Assembly: GCA_045586685.1 (NCBI GenBank)
Contig: JAZNAU010000027.1
Location: forward strand, 1 to 54,317
Source: Clostridia bacterium
GTDB lineage: Bacteria > Bacillota > Clostridia > HGM11514
Length of the DNA stretch: 54,317 bases
Direction: 5' to 3'
Under the pieces are notes generated by a model. It worked only from the letters and a program-made list of their open reading frames with translations. It did no database searches and had not been told where the DNA came from. A program made the position numbers and the translations under genes. Of the stretch, positions 11,818-20,016 are shown in pieces. Numbering within the stretch: position 1 is the first letter of the stretch; every line of letters begins with the position of its first letter.

Positions 11818-12974
11818 ATCGAACATATGCCGTTGTAAATTTAGATGCGGCAGCAGCAAATATGCGTGAAATAAAAAAATGGCTAAAAGGGAATACTCAG
11901 ATTATGGCAGTGGTAAAAGCAGATGCTTATGGTCACGGAGTATTGCCTCTTAGCCGTGTTTTTTTGGAAAACGGAGCAGACAGATTGGCAGTTGCCTTTG
12001 TTGAAGAAGGAATCCAGCTTAGGAATGCCGGAATCAATGTTCCTATCATGCTGTTAGGATATACCGATGCAATGCAAGCAGAAATTCTTTTAAAGTACGA
12101 TATTATTCCAACGGTTTATGACTATCAAACTGCCAAGGCATTTTCTGATGCATCGATACAATATAAGAAAAAAATGAAAATTCATATAAAACTTGATACG
12201 GGAATGACACGAATTGGGTTCTTTTGTAATACTAATAAAGATATCCAAGAAATTAAGCGTCAGATATTGGAGATAGCAGCATTGCCCATGCTTGAAATTG
12301 AAGGATTGTTTACGCACTTCACTTCTGCAGATGAACCGGACGAAATGAACACACGGGAGCAATTTTCTTTATTTTGCTATGTAGCGGATGAGTTGGAAAA
12401 AGAAGGATTACATATTCCGTTAAAGCATGTATGTAATAGTGCAGCAACGTTTTTATATCCTGAAATGCACCTGGATTTGGTTCGCCCCGGTATCATCCAA
12501 TATGGATTGTCGCCTTCTGGTTATCTTGCAGAAAAAAATTTAAATATAAAACCTGTGATGACCTTAAAAACAAAGGTAGTTCGTGTTCAGGAGGTTCCTG
12601 CGGGCACCTGTGTGGGTTACGGAAATACCTTTCAGGCTGAAAAAACAATGAAAATTGCGACCTTACCTATTGGTTACGCAGACGGCTATTTCAGGGCAAT
12701 GTCCAATAAAGCAAGTGTGTATGTGAATAAAAAAATTTGTCCCGTTTTGGGCAGAATTTGCATGGATCAATGTATGATTGATGTGTCAAATGTCAACAAT
12801 ATCAGTACAGGGGATTCAGTGACCGTATTCGGAGAAGAGCTTTCTGCTCACAAACTGGCCGAAACAGCAGGAACAATCAGCTATGAATTATTATGTGCTG
12901 TCGGAAAACGAGTTCCCCGGGTCTATCAACAAAATAATCAGGTAACAGAGGTGGCAAATCCTTTACTTTTTTAG
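11811..12974 (+). CDS. alr: alanine racemase
   Basis: AVVKADAYGHG (PLP lysine), KLDTGMTRIG, VRPGI, GYADGY, GRICMDQ, TISYE. Start ATG 11811. Confidence 0.96.
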   Translation: MLNRTYAVVNLDAAAANMREIKKWLKGNTQIMAVVKADAYGHGVLPLSRVFLENGADRLAVAFVEEGIQLRNAGINVPIMLLGYTDAMQAEILLKYDIIPTVYDYQTAKAFSDASIQYKKKMKIHIKLDTGMTRIGFFCNTNKDIQEIKRQILEIAALPMLEIEGLFTHFTSADEPDEMNTREQFSLFCYVADELEKEGLHIPLKHVCNSAATFLYPEMHLDLVRPGIIQYGLSPSGYLAEKNLNIKPVMTLKTKVVRVQEVPAGTCVGYGNTFQAEKTMKIATLPIGYADGYFRAMSNKASVYVNKKICPVLGRICMDQCMIDVSNVNNISTGDSVTVFGEELSAHKLAETAGTISYELLCAVGKRVPRVYQQNNQVTEVANPLLF

Positions 12975-12997
12975 GAAGGGATACCAACTATTGTTCG

Positions 12998-13026
12998 TTG
13001 ACGAAAGAAAAAAAGAGGAGTATAAT
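12998..13026 (+). promoter_or_regulatory. sigA promoter of mazEF, with a Spo0A-box match over the -35
   Basis: TTGACG-N17-TATAAT; TGACGAA at 12999-13005. Confidence 0.75.
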
Positions 13027-13073
13027 AGAAGTATGCAACAGAGAAATAAGCATACTATGGGGGCTTGATTATT

Positions 13074-13349
13074 TTGAAACAATTTAAGAAAATCGAAATC
13101 AGTCTGCCCGATTCCATAGCAAAAGAGTTGGAGCAACTGGCCAATAGACGTAACGAGGATGTGTCGTCCTTTCTTACAGAGTTAATACGTCAGGAACGTG
13201 CCAGAGAAAGCCAAGTGGAAGAGGAGATGGCAGAAGGGTATCGGCAAATGGGTGCATTAAACCTTGAACTTGCCGAACAATGTCTGCCGGCAGAGGAGGA
13301 GACGCTTAATTGGTATGAGGAAAAATTATCGGAGTGTGAACAAGATTGA
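13074..13349 (+). CDS. mazE: CopG/RHH antitoxin (EndoAI/MazE-like)
   Basis: [13 protein letters not shown] strand; EEM.EGY..MG.LNL.LAE motif; sits between alr and mazF. Start is TTG 13074 or 13065. Confidence 0.85.
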   Translation: MKQFKKIEISLPDSIAKELEQLANRRNEDVSSFLTELIRQERARESQVEEEMAEGYRQMGALNLELAEQCLPAEEETLNWYEEKLSECEQD

Positions 13350-13696
13350 ATGTCAGACGAGGAGATATTTTTTACGCTGATTTAAGCCCTGTGGTCGGAT
13401 CAGAGCAGGGAGGCGTCAGACCGGTGCTTGTGGTGCAGAATGACATTGGAAACCGGTACAGTCCGACGGTGATTGCCGCCGCCATTACCTCAAAGATTAA
13501 CAAGGCGAAGCTGCCTACACACATTGAGCTGGATGCTCAAACCTATGGATTGGTGAAAGACTCCATTATTATGATGGAACAAATCAGGACAATTGACAAA
13601 AAAAGATTAAAAGAGAAAATTGGGCATCTGGATAACGTTATTATGCAGCGTGTTGATGATGCTTTGAATGTCAGCTTTGGAATAGGCTCAAATTAA
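13346..13696 (+). CDS. mazF: MazF/PemK endoribonuclease toxin (EndoA)
   Basis: [55 protein letters not shown]. Confidence 0.96.
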   Translation: MNVRRGDIFYADLSPVVGSEQGGVRPVLVVQNDIGNRYSPTVIAAAITSKINKAKLPTHIELDAQTYGLVKDSIIMMEQIRTIDKKRLKEKIGHLDNVIMQRVDDALNVSFGIGSN

Positions 13697-13715
13697 CAGC
13701 CTACATAGCTGAGGA

Positions 13716-13742
13716 ATATTAGCTACCTTCACCTCATACCAT
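13716..13742 (+). promoter_or_regulatory. putative sigE (mother cell) promoter
   Basis: ATA-N16-CATACCAT; same spacing as the spoIVA promoter in this window. Confidence 0.5.
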
Positions 13743-13763
13743 TATGGTAAGAGGTGATTTTTT
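13729..13763 (+). terminator. hairpin/terminator after mazF that contains the next gene's SD
   Basis: TCACCTCATACCAT-t-ATGGTAAGAGGTGA (one mismatch) followed by TTTTTT and then ATG. Confidence 0.65.
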
Positions 13764-14441
13764 ATGGTATGGAATTTTTATCCTGAAAAAGAATTTTTAC
13801 ATTTAAGTGTAAGCGGAACGCTTGAATGGTCGGAAAATGAAGCAGAAATTGAGATTATTGTAAAAGGCGCCGATCCGCAGTTTCCGTTGAGAATTTACGG
13901 TGTACAGGCTGAAGAAAGATATTATCTTGGACTCATGATTCCTCAAAACGACAGAATGTATTTAAAAATTAAGCGTCCTTGTCCTGAATTCGGTCAGTTG
14001 TTTTTGTGTATTGGCAGAGCAGAAGAAGAATATGTACCTGTTGCTGTCGGGAAGAGACCGGATATTCCTGAGCCCCAAATAATAATTGAGGATGCAGCAA
14101 AACAAAAAGGTGAAGGGAACCAATGGGAGTCACTTTTCTGGAAAAAACAAACAGAAGCTGAAACCCAGACCGATTCTCAAAAATTTTTGTTTGCACATCC
14201 CAGCACCCGGGCAAATGTGAAATTTTACGGGCATTATTGTAAAGCAGAATGGGAGGAGTGTGTGCTATATGCTTTTCCTTCGTCTTTTGGTCCGCACCCC
14301 TTACCTCATTTAGCAAAATACGCCTGTTGGTACGATATCGATTTATCCTTTGGACATCGAGGATATTTTCTCATCGGCTTGCAGGATTCGGATTTCTTTT
14401 TACCTGAACTAATTGACAAAGAGAATCAGAATGTGATATGA
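13764..14441 (+). CDS. hypothetical protein, possibly sporulation-related
   Basis: Strong SD GAGGTG; 225 aa; aromatic C-terminal region (YGHY...YAFP...P.P...W...G..GYF). Confidence 0.7.
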   Translation: MVWNFYPEKEFLHLSVSGTLEWSENEAEIEIIVKGADPQFPLRIYGVQAEERYYLGLMIPQNDRMYLKIKRPCPEFGQLFLCIGRAEEEYVPVAVGKRPDIPEPQIIIEDAAKQKGEGNQWESLFWKKQTEAETQTDSQKFLFAHPSTRANVKFYGHYCKAEWEECVLYAFPSSFGPHPLPHLAKYACWYDIDLSFGHRGYFLIGLQDSDFFLPELIDKENQNVI

Positions 14442-14442
14442 T
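14413..14442 (+). promoter_or_regulatory. sigA promoter for glyoxalase gene
   Basis: TTGACA-N18-TATGAT with extended TG, overlapping the upstream gene's 3' end. Confidence 0.6.
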
Positions 14443-14469
14443 AAGAAAAAAACAAAGGAGAATATAACT

Positions 14470-14832
14470 ATGAAATTTAAAATGGTTCATGAAAATTATA
14501 ATGTGAGTAATTTAGAAAAATCCTTACAATTTTATCAAAAAGCATTGGGACTTACGGAACGGAGAAGAATTGAAAAAGAGGATTTTTCCATTGTATTTAT
14601 TGGAAACGATGAGTCGAATTTTGAATTAGAACTGACTTTCTTAAAGGAACACCCCCAAAAATACAACTTGGGTGAATGTGAATTTCACTTAGCGTTTCGC
14701 GTAACAGATTTTGATGCAGCTCATCGCCTTCACAGCGAAATGGGTTGTATTTGTTTTGAAAATCCGGACATGGGGATTTATTTCATTCAGGACCCTGATG
14801 GTTACTGGTTGGAAATTATACCGGAGAGATAA
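14470..14832 (+). CDS. VOC/glyoxalase I (lactoylglutathione lyase-like)
   Basis: H.N.NV.NLEKSL.FY...LGL, ELELT, HLAF.V, FI.DPDGYWLEI. Confidence 0.88.
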   Translation: MKFKMVHENYNVSNLEKSLQFYQKALGLTERRRIEKEDFSIVFIGNDESNFELELTFLKEHPQKYNLGECEFHLAFRVTDFDAAHRLHSEMGCICFENPDMGIYFIQDPDGYWLEIIPER

Positions 14833-14840
14833 CAAGAGTG

Positions 14841-14871
14841 AGGCTGTAGCAAAATCATTTTGCTACAGCCT
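14841..14871. repeat. perfect 15-bp inverted repeat, copy 1 of a dispersed palindrome
   Basis: AGGCTGTAGCAAAAT-c-ATTTTGCTACAGCCT between convergent genes; related copy at 52245-52280. Confidence 0.85.
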
Positions 14872-14873
14872 GT

Positions 14874-16502
14874 TCATCTTAAATCAATTTTTCTGATAAC
14901 ATCTCTTAATTTCAGAATAAAGCCTGGCGAAACCGAAAGCTCGTCAATCCCCATTCGCAAAAACCTTTCAGTAAGCTTGGTATCTGCGGCAAGTTCACCG
15001 CAAATTCCAATCCATTTTCCATTTTTATGGGCATTATTTGCAGCATATTCGATTAAACGCAAAATTGCCTCGTGATGTGTGTCACAAAAACTGTCAATAT
15101 CAGGATTCTGTCTGTCGCAAGCAAGAGTATATTGTGTTAAATCATTTGTGCCCACACTGAAAAAATCAACCATGGGTGCCAGCTTATCACTAATGATAGC
15201 AGCAGCCGGTGTTTCTATCATAATGCCTAATTCAACGGAATTTGAAAATTCAATACCGTCTGTTTTCAGACTAAGTTTTACTTCATCGCAAATGATTAGA
15301 ATTTTTTCCAATTCGCTGATGCTTGTAATCATAGGAAACATAATCCCTAATTGACCGTAAGAGGATGCACGGTACAATGCTCGCAACTGAGTTTTAAATA
15401 TTTCTGGTCTTGCCAGACAAATACGGATTGCACGAAATCCAAGAGCCGGATTTTCCTCCGGATTTAACTGAAAATAGTCAACTTTTTTATCAGCACCAAT
15501 ATCCATGGTACGGATGATGACTTTTTTTCCGGGAAGACTTTCCAATACTTTCTTATAAACGGAAAATTGCTGTTCTTCAGAAGGATAATCCTTATTTTCC
15601 AGATATAAAAATTCACTTCGAAACAATCCAATTCCTTCTGCATCGTTGAGTAGCACAGAACCAATGTTATCAACACTTCCGATATTGGCATAGACATTGA
15701 TTTTTGTACCGTCAATCGTTTTGTTTTCTTTTCCCCTTAATTCCTCTAATAAGCGGTTCTTTTCCTCATCTTCTTTTTGTTTTTTTAACAGTCGTAAGGT
15801 TGTTTTTTCATCCGGTTTTACATAAAAATTTCCTGAAAATCCATCTGCGATGGCATCATCACCATCTTGTATTTGATTTAAAAATTCATCTCCAACACCA
15901 ATGATTGCAGGAATATTCATATTTCTTGCTAAAATCGCAGTATGAGAATTAGAAGAACCGTGTGCGGTCACAAAAGCCAAAATTTTATCTTTTTCCATGG
16001 AAACTGTTTCACTTGGTGTCAGGTCGTCGGCACAAAGAATTACTTTTTCATTTTCTTTTGAAGAATTTGAATGTCCTGAGAGATTTGATAGAATTCTGTT
16101 TGAAATATCTTTCACATCAATGGCTCTTGCCTGCATATAGCCATTGTCCATAGCGGCAAACATTTCTGAAAAATTATCTGATGTCACCGCAACTGCATAT
16201 TCGGCATTTACCATTTGAGTATCAATAATGCTGTGAACAGATTGATTATAATCCTCATCCTCCAGCATCATACTGTGAATTTCAAAAATTTGAGCGTTGG
16301 TTTCGCCCACTTCTATCAGTGCCTTTTCATATATTTCTTCTAGTTGTTTGATTGATTGTAGCTTTGCATTTTCAAACCGCTTCTTTTCTGATTCGTTATC
16401 GTCAATATGAATTCTTCTTACTGAAAATTCTTCCCGTTTAAAAACCCGTATTTTTCCAAATGCTATTGCTTCATATACACCGTTACCTTTAAATTGAAGC
16501 AT
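14874..16502 (-). CDS. ptsI: PTS enzyme I (PEP-protein phosphotransferase)
   Basis: SHTAILAR phospho-His, GLFRSEFL, DIGADK, NPALGFRAIR, MIETP, GTNDLTQY, ICGE. Confidence 0.96.
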   Translation of the reverse strand: MLQFKGNGVYEAIAFGKIRVFKREEFSVRRIHIDDNESEKKRFENAKLQSIKQLEEIYEKALIEVGETNAQIFEIHSMMLEDEDYNQSVHSIIDTQMVNAEYAVAVTSDNFSEMFAAMDNGYMQARAIDVKDISNRILSNLSGHSNSSKENEKVILCADDLTPSETVSMEKDKILAFVTAHGSSNSHTAILARNMNIPAIIGVGDEFLNQIQDGDDAIADGFSGNFYVKPDEKTTLRLLKKQKEDEEKNRLLEELRGKENKTIDGTKINVYANIGSVDNIGSVLLNDAEGIGLFRSEFLYLENKDYPSEEQQFSVYKKVLESLPGKKVIIRTMDIGADKKVDYFQLNPEENPALGFRAIRICLARPEIFKTQLRALYRASSYGQLGIMFPMITSISELEKILIICDEVKLSLKTDGIEFSNSVELGIMIETPAAAIISDKLAPMVDFFSVGTNDLTQYTLACDRQNPDIDSFCDTHHEAILRLIEYAANNAHKNGKWIGICGELAADTKLTERFLRMGIDELSVSPGFILKLRDVIRKIDLR

Positions 16503-16517
16503 ATTTTGTCAATCCTC

Positions 16518-16775
16518 CTAAAGATTTTGGGAAAAAAATTCTTCCAACTCTTTTGCGGCTTCAGTTTCATCCGAGCCTGTAACAGTTAGCGTGATCTCAT
16601 CACCACATTTTACTCCCAATCCCATCAGTGCCATTAGTTTTAATACATTTACTGTTTTTCCATTGCATTCCAGTAAAATTTCACTATCAAATTCCTTGGC
16701 TTTTTTTGCTAAAATTCCTGCGGGACGTGCATGAATTCCTATTTTGTCCTTAATGGTATATGTGAATGTTTTCAT
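16518..16775 (-). CDS. ptsH: phosphocarrier protein HPr (Ser46 replaced by Lys)
   Basis: GIHARPA with His15; NVLKLM in place of NxKSIM; G.DE motif. Confidence 0.93.
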   Translation of the reverse strand: MKTFTYTIKDKIGIHARPAGILAKKAKEFDSEILLECNGKTVNVLKLMALMGLGVKCGDEITLTVTGSDETEAAKELEEFFSQNL

Positions 16776-16789
16776 AAAAACAGTTCTCC

Positions 16790-18898
16790 TTATTTAATTT
16801 TGATAAAATGTTCTCCCATTTTTACAGTTTTGTCAGCAACAGTTTCAATGCTAGAATACTCATCAGTGTTACAAATAATTAGAGGTGTTACTAACTGATA
16901 CCCTGCTTTTTTAATAGAATTGATATCAAAAGAAAGAAGTAAATCGCCTTTCTTAACAGTTTGTCCGTTTTTAACATGGGAAGTAAAATATTTGCCGTTT
17001 AATTTGACCGTGTCAATACCGACATGAAGCAAAATTTCTGCACCGTTTTTTGACATTAGGTTGATTGCATGTTTTGTTTCAAATACCGTGGAGATTGTTC
17101 CGTCGCAGGGGGCGAACAATTTTCCTTCTTTGGGTTCGATGGCAGCTCCGTCTCCCAATACCTTTTGTGAAAATGCATCATCAGGAACATCCTCAAGCCT
17201 TATGACAGTTCCGTTCATGGGTGAATCAAGATAAATAGGGGAGGAAAGCTCTTTTTTGACTACGTTTTTTTCTGATTTCACTGTTGATACCGTAAGATGG
17301 TCAAGTGAATCGGATAACGGGCTGTCAAGAAAATCTTCAAAATGAGATTTAATAACAGAAACCTGAGGACCGTATATCACCTGTACACCTTTTCCTTTTT
17401 TGATAATTCCTGATGCTCCGCTTTCTTTCAACAGTTCATCCTTTACCAATTCTTGATTTACGACAGTGATTCTCAGTCTTGTTGCACAACAATCAATATC
17501 GGAAATGTTCTCTTTTCCGCCTAACCCTTTCAGAATCAATGCACTGACTCTGTCGTTATTATTGCCAGAAGATTTGGCTTCGTTTACATCTTTTCTTGTA
17601 TACAGCTTTGTTTCTTCATCATCCGCTTCCCGTCCCGGTGTTTTTAAATTTAATTTTGTAATTAAGAAGTAGAATACAAAATAATAGATAACAGCATAGA
17701 TAAGACCCACAATTACAATCCAAATCCAGTTCGTTTTTGCATTTCCTTGTAAAATACCGAATAACAGTAAGTCAATCGCTCCGCCGGAAAATGTCATACC
17801 CACACCCACATTAAAGATGTGCATCAGCATAAAGGAAAGTCCTGCAAGAACACAATGGACTGCGTACATTAAGGGGGCAACAAACAAGAATGTGAATTCC
17901 AAAGGTTCCGTAATACCGGTAATGATTGATGTCAAAGCTGCCGAAACAAGTAACCCTTGTACCACTTTTTTCTTTTGGGGTCGGGCAGCTTTATACATGG
18001 CATACGCTGCAGCAGGCAATCCGAAAATCATAAAGGGGAATTTACCGGACATAAAACGGGTTGCCGAAACCGCAAAGTGCTTGGTTGATTTGGAGGCTAA
18101 TTGGGCAAAGAAAATATTTTGTGCACCTTGGACTACCGTTCCGTCGATAATCATAGAACCGCCAAGTTCGGTTTGCCAGAAGGGCATATAAAATACGTGA
18201 TGAAGACCAAAGGGAATTAAGGCTCTTTCGATGGTACCGTATATCCAAGTTCCTGCGTAACCGGAGTTAAGAACCAATGCTCCCAGCTTAGAAATTCCAA
18301 GCTGTACAATCGGCCAGAGGAAAAACATGATGATTCCGACTAAAAGATAAACTAAACTACAAATAATCGGAACAAATCTTGTTCCTCCAAAAAAAGATAA
18401 TACCTGAGGGAGCTGGATTTTATAAAATCGATTATGAAGAGCTGCAACGCCCAAACCTACAATAATACCGCCAAATACACCCATTTGCAGGGTGGTAATT
18501 CCAAGGGCGGAAGTTGTGGAATTTTCAGCCATTGCTTCAACACCGCCACGTGAGGCAATCAGAACACTGATTACTGTGTTCATCACAAGATATGCTATGG
18601 CACCGGAGAGAGCTGCAACCTCTTTTTCCTTTTTCGCCATACCGATTGCAACACCCATGGCAAAAAGCAAAGGAAGATTGTCAAATACAACACTTCCTGT
18701 TTTGCTCATAATATCAAGAATCGTGTACAGAATCCCGCCTTCGGTGATGATGTTTGTCAATCGATAGGTTTCTAAGGTAGTTGGATTTGTAAAGGAACTT
18801 CCGACCCCCAGTAACAAACCGGCAACAGGCAATAATGCAATAGGAAGCATAAAGGAACGTCCTACACGTTGTAATACACCAAAAATTTTATCTTTCAT
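16790..18898 (-). CDS. ptsG: glucose-family PTS transporter EIICBA
   Basis: LQ.VG.SFMLPIA.LP.AG, PFGLHH, GITEPLEF, KTPGRE, DCCATRLR (EIIB Cys), LLHVGIDTV (EIIA His). Start ATG 18898 after GGAGG. Exact sugar is uncertain. Confidence 0.85.
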   Translation of the reverse strand: MKDKIFGVLQRVGRSFMLPIALLPVAGLLLGVGSSFTNPTTLETYRLTNIITEGGILYTILDIMSKTGSVVFDNLPLLFAMGVAIGMAKKEKEVAALSGAIAYLVMNTVISVLIASRGGVEAMAENSTTSALGITTLQMGVFGGIIVGLGVAALHNRFYKIQLPQVLSFFGGTRFVPIICSLVYLLVGIIMFFLWPIVQLGISKLGALVLNSGYAGTWIYGTIERALIPFGLHHVFYMPFWQTELGGSMIIDGTVVQGAQNIFFAQLASKSTKHFAVSATRFMSGKFPFMIFGLPAAAYAMYKAARPQKKKVVQGLLVSAALTSIITGITEPLEFTFLFVAPLMYAVHCVLAGLSFMLMHIFNVGVGMTFSGGAIDLLLFGILQGNAKTNWIWIVIVGLIYAVIYYFVFYFLITKLNLKTPGREADDEETKLYTRKDVNEAKSSGNNNDRVSALILKGLGGKENISDIDCCATRLRITVVNQELVKDELLKESGASGIIKKGKGVQVIYGPQVSVIKSHFEDFLDSPLSDSLDHLTVSTVKSEKNVVKKELSSPIYLDSPMNGTVIRLEDVPDDAFSQKVLGDGAAIEPKEGKLFAPCDGTISTVFETKHAINLMSKNGAEILLHVGIDTVKLNGKYFTSHVKNGQTVKKGDLLLSFDINSIKKAGYQLVTPLIICNTDEYSSIETVADKTVKMGEHFIKIK

Positions 18899-18934
18899 TT
18901 TTTCTCCTCCAAATTTAAATAGAGCTTTTACATA

Positions 18935-18963
18935 CAGTATGATTCTTTTTCTTTTTTTTATTC
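18935..18963 (-). promoter_or_regulatory. putative sigG-type promoter of the PTS operon
   Basis: Minus strand reads GAATA-N17-CATACTG, with the -10 ending 36 nt before the ATG. Confidence 0.45.
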
Positions 18964-19012
18964 TTTTCATAAATTACTTTAGAATGGAAATGTGTAAAAA
19001 TATAAAAAACAC

Positions 19013-19041
19013 TTGTTTTTTTTGCTTATATTTGATATAAT
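19013..19041 (+). promoter_or_regulatory. sigA promoter for DUF1385-prmC
   Basis: TTGTTT-N17-TATAAT with extended TG. Confidence 0.65.
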
Positions 19042-19071
19042 GGAATACATAAAATACGTTATGGAAAAGAG

Positions 19072-20016
19072 TTGATACATTTGCCTGATAAGAGCATTCA
19101 CAAAACATCTATTGGCGGACAAGCTGTTATCGAGGGCGTTATGATGAAAGGTCCACGAGAAATGGCGATTGCTGTCCGTAAAGAAGATGGAGAAATTATA
19201 GTAGATAAAAAGCCGGTAAATGTACTGGCTTCCAAATATAAAATCTTGAAGCTCCCTGTATTACGGGGGGTGATAGCATTTTTTGATTCTATGGTAACGG
19301 GAGTTCGTTCCCTGATGTTTTCTGCCGAATTTTTTGATTTGGAAGAAGAACAGCCGTCAAAATTTGACCGATTTTTGGAACAGAAGTTTGGAAATCGGTT
19401 AAAAGATATTGTCATTTATTCCAGTGTGATTTTCGCATTAGTATTTTCGATTTTATTGTTTTTTATGTTGCCTGCGTTCATCTCAGGTTTTTTAAGAAAT
19501 ATTATTCAGAATCATACTGTGATTGTTGCATTGGAAGGTATTATCAGAATTTCTATTTTTATGATTTATCTGATTCTGGTCTCCAGAATGCCTGATATTC
19601 AGAGAGTGTTTATGTATCACGGTGCAGAACATAAAAGCATTCATTGTTATGAGCATGGGGAAGAATTAACGGTTGAAAATGTAAAAAACCATACCAGACT
19701 TCACCCTCGTTGCGGTACCAGTTTTTTGTTGATTGTGATGATCATCAGTATTTTTGTGTTTTTGTTTATTAAAAGCGATCATATTTTTTTGCGGTTGCTT
19801 TACCGTTTATTGCTGTTGCCTGTAGTTGCAGGGATTTCCTATGAAATTATTAAATTTGCAGGTCGCCATGACAATCGGTTTACCCGTGCAATCAGTAAAC
19901 CCGGAATGCTTCTTCAATATATGACAACATTGGAACCGGACGATTCTCAAATTGAGGTTGCCATTTGTTCGTTGAAAGCAGTCATTCCTGATAATAAAGA
20001 GGAAGATAAATGGTAA
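19072..20016 (+). CDS. DUF1385 family putative metal-dependent membrane protein
   Basis: IGGQAVIEGVMM, YHGAEHK, HPRCGTSF, T.EP....EVA. Confidence 0.9.
   Translation: MIHLPDKSIHKTSIGGQAVIEGVMMKGPREMAIAVRKEDGEIIVDKKPVNVLASKYKILKLPVLRGVIAFFDSMVTGVRSLMFSAEFFDLEEEQPSKFDRFLEQKFGNRLKDIVIYSSVIFALVFSILLFFMLPAFISGFLRNIIQNHTVIVALEGIIRISIFMIYLILVSRMPDIQRVFMYHGAEHKSIHCYEHGEELTVENVKNHTRLHPRCGTSFLLIVMIISIFVFLFIKSDHIFLRLLYRLLLLPVVAGISYEIIKFAGRHDNRFTRAISKPGMLLQYMTTLEPDDSQIEVAICSLKAVIPDNKEEDKW

Noticed and set aside
18919-18932. cre site (minus strand TGTAAAAGCTCTAT) before ptsG
   Set aside because: It lacks the central CG and terminal CA of the CcpA consensus.
18943-18967. Poly-T/A tract as a phase-variable repeat
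   Set aside because: Interrupted runs in an AT-rich intergenic region; no evidence of slippage from a single sequence.
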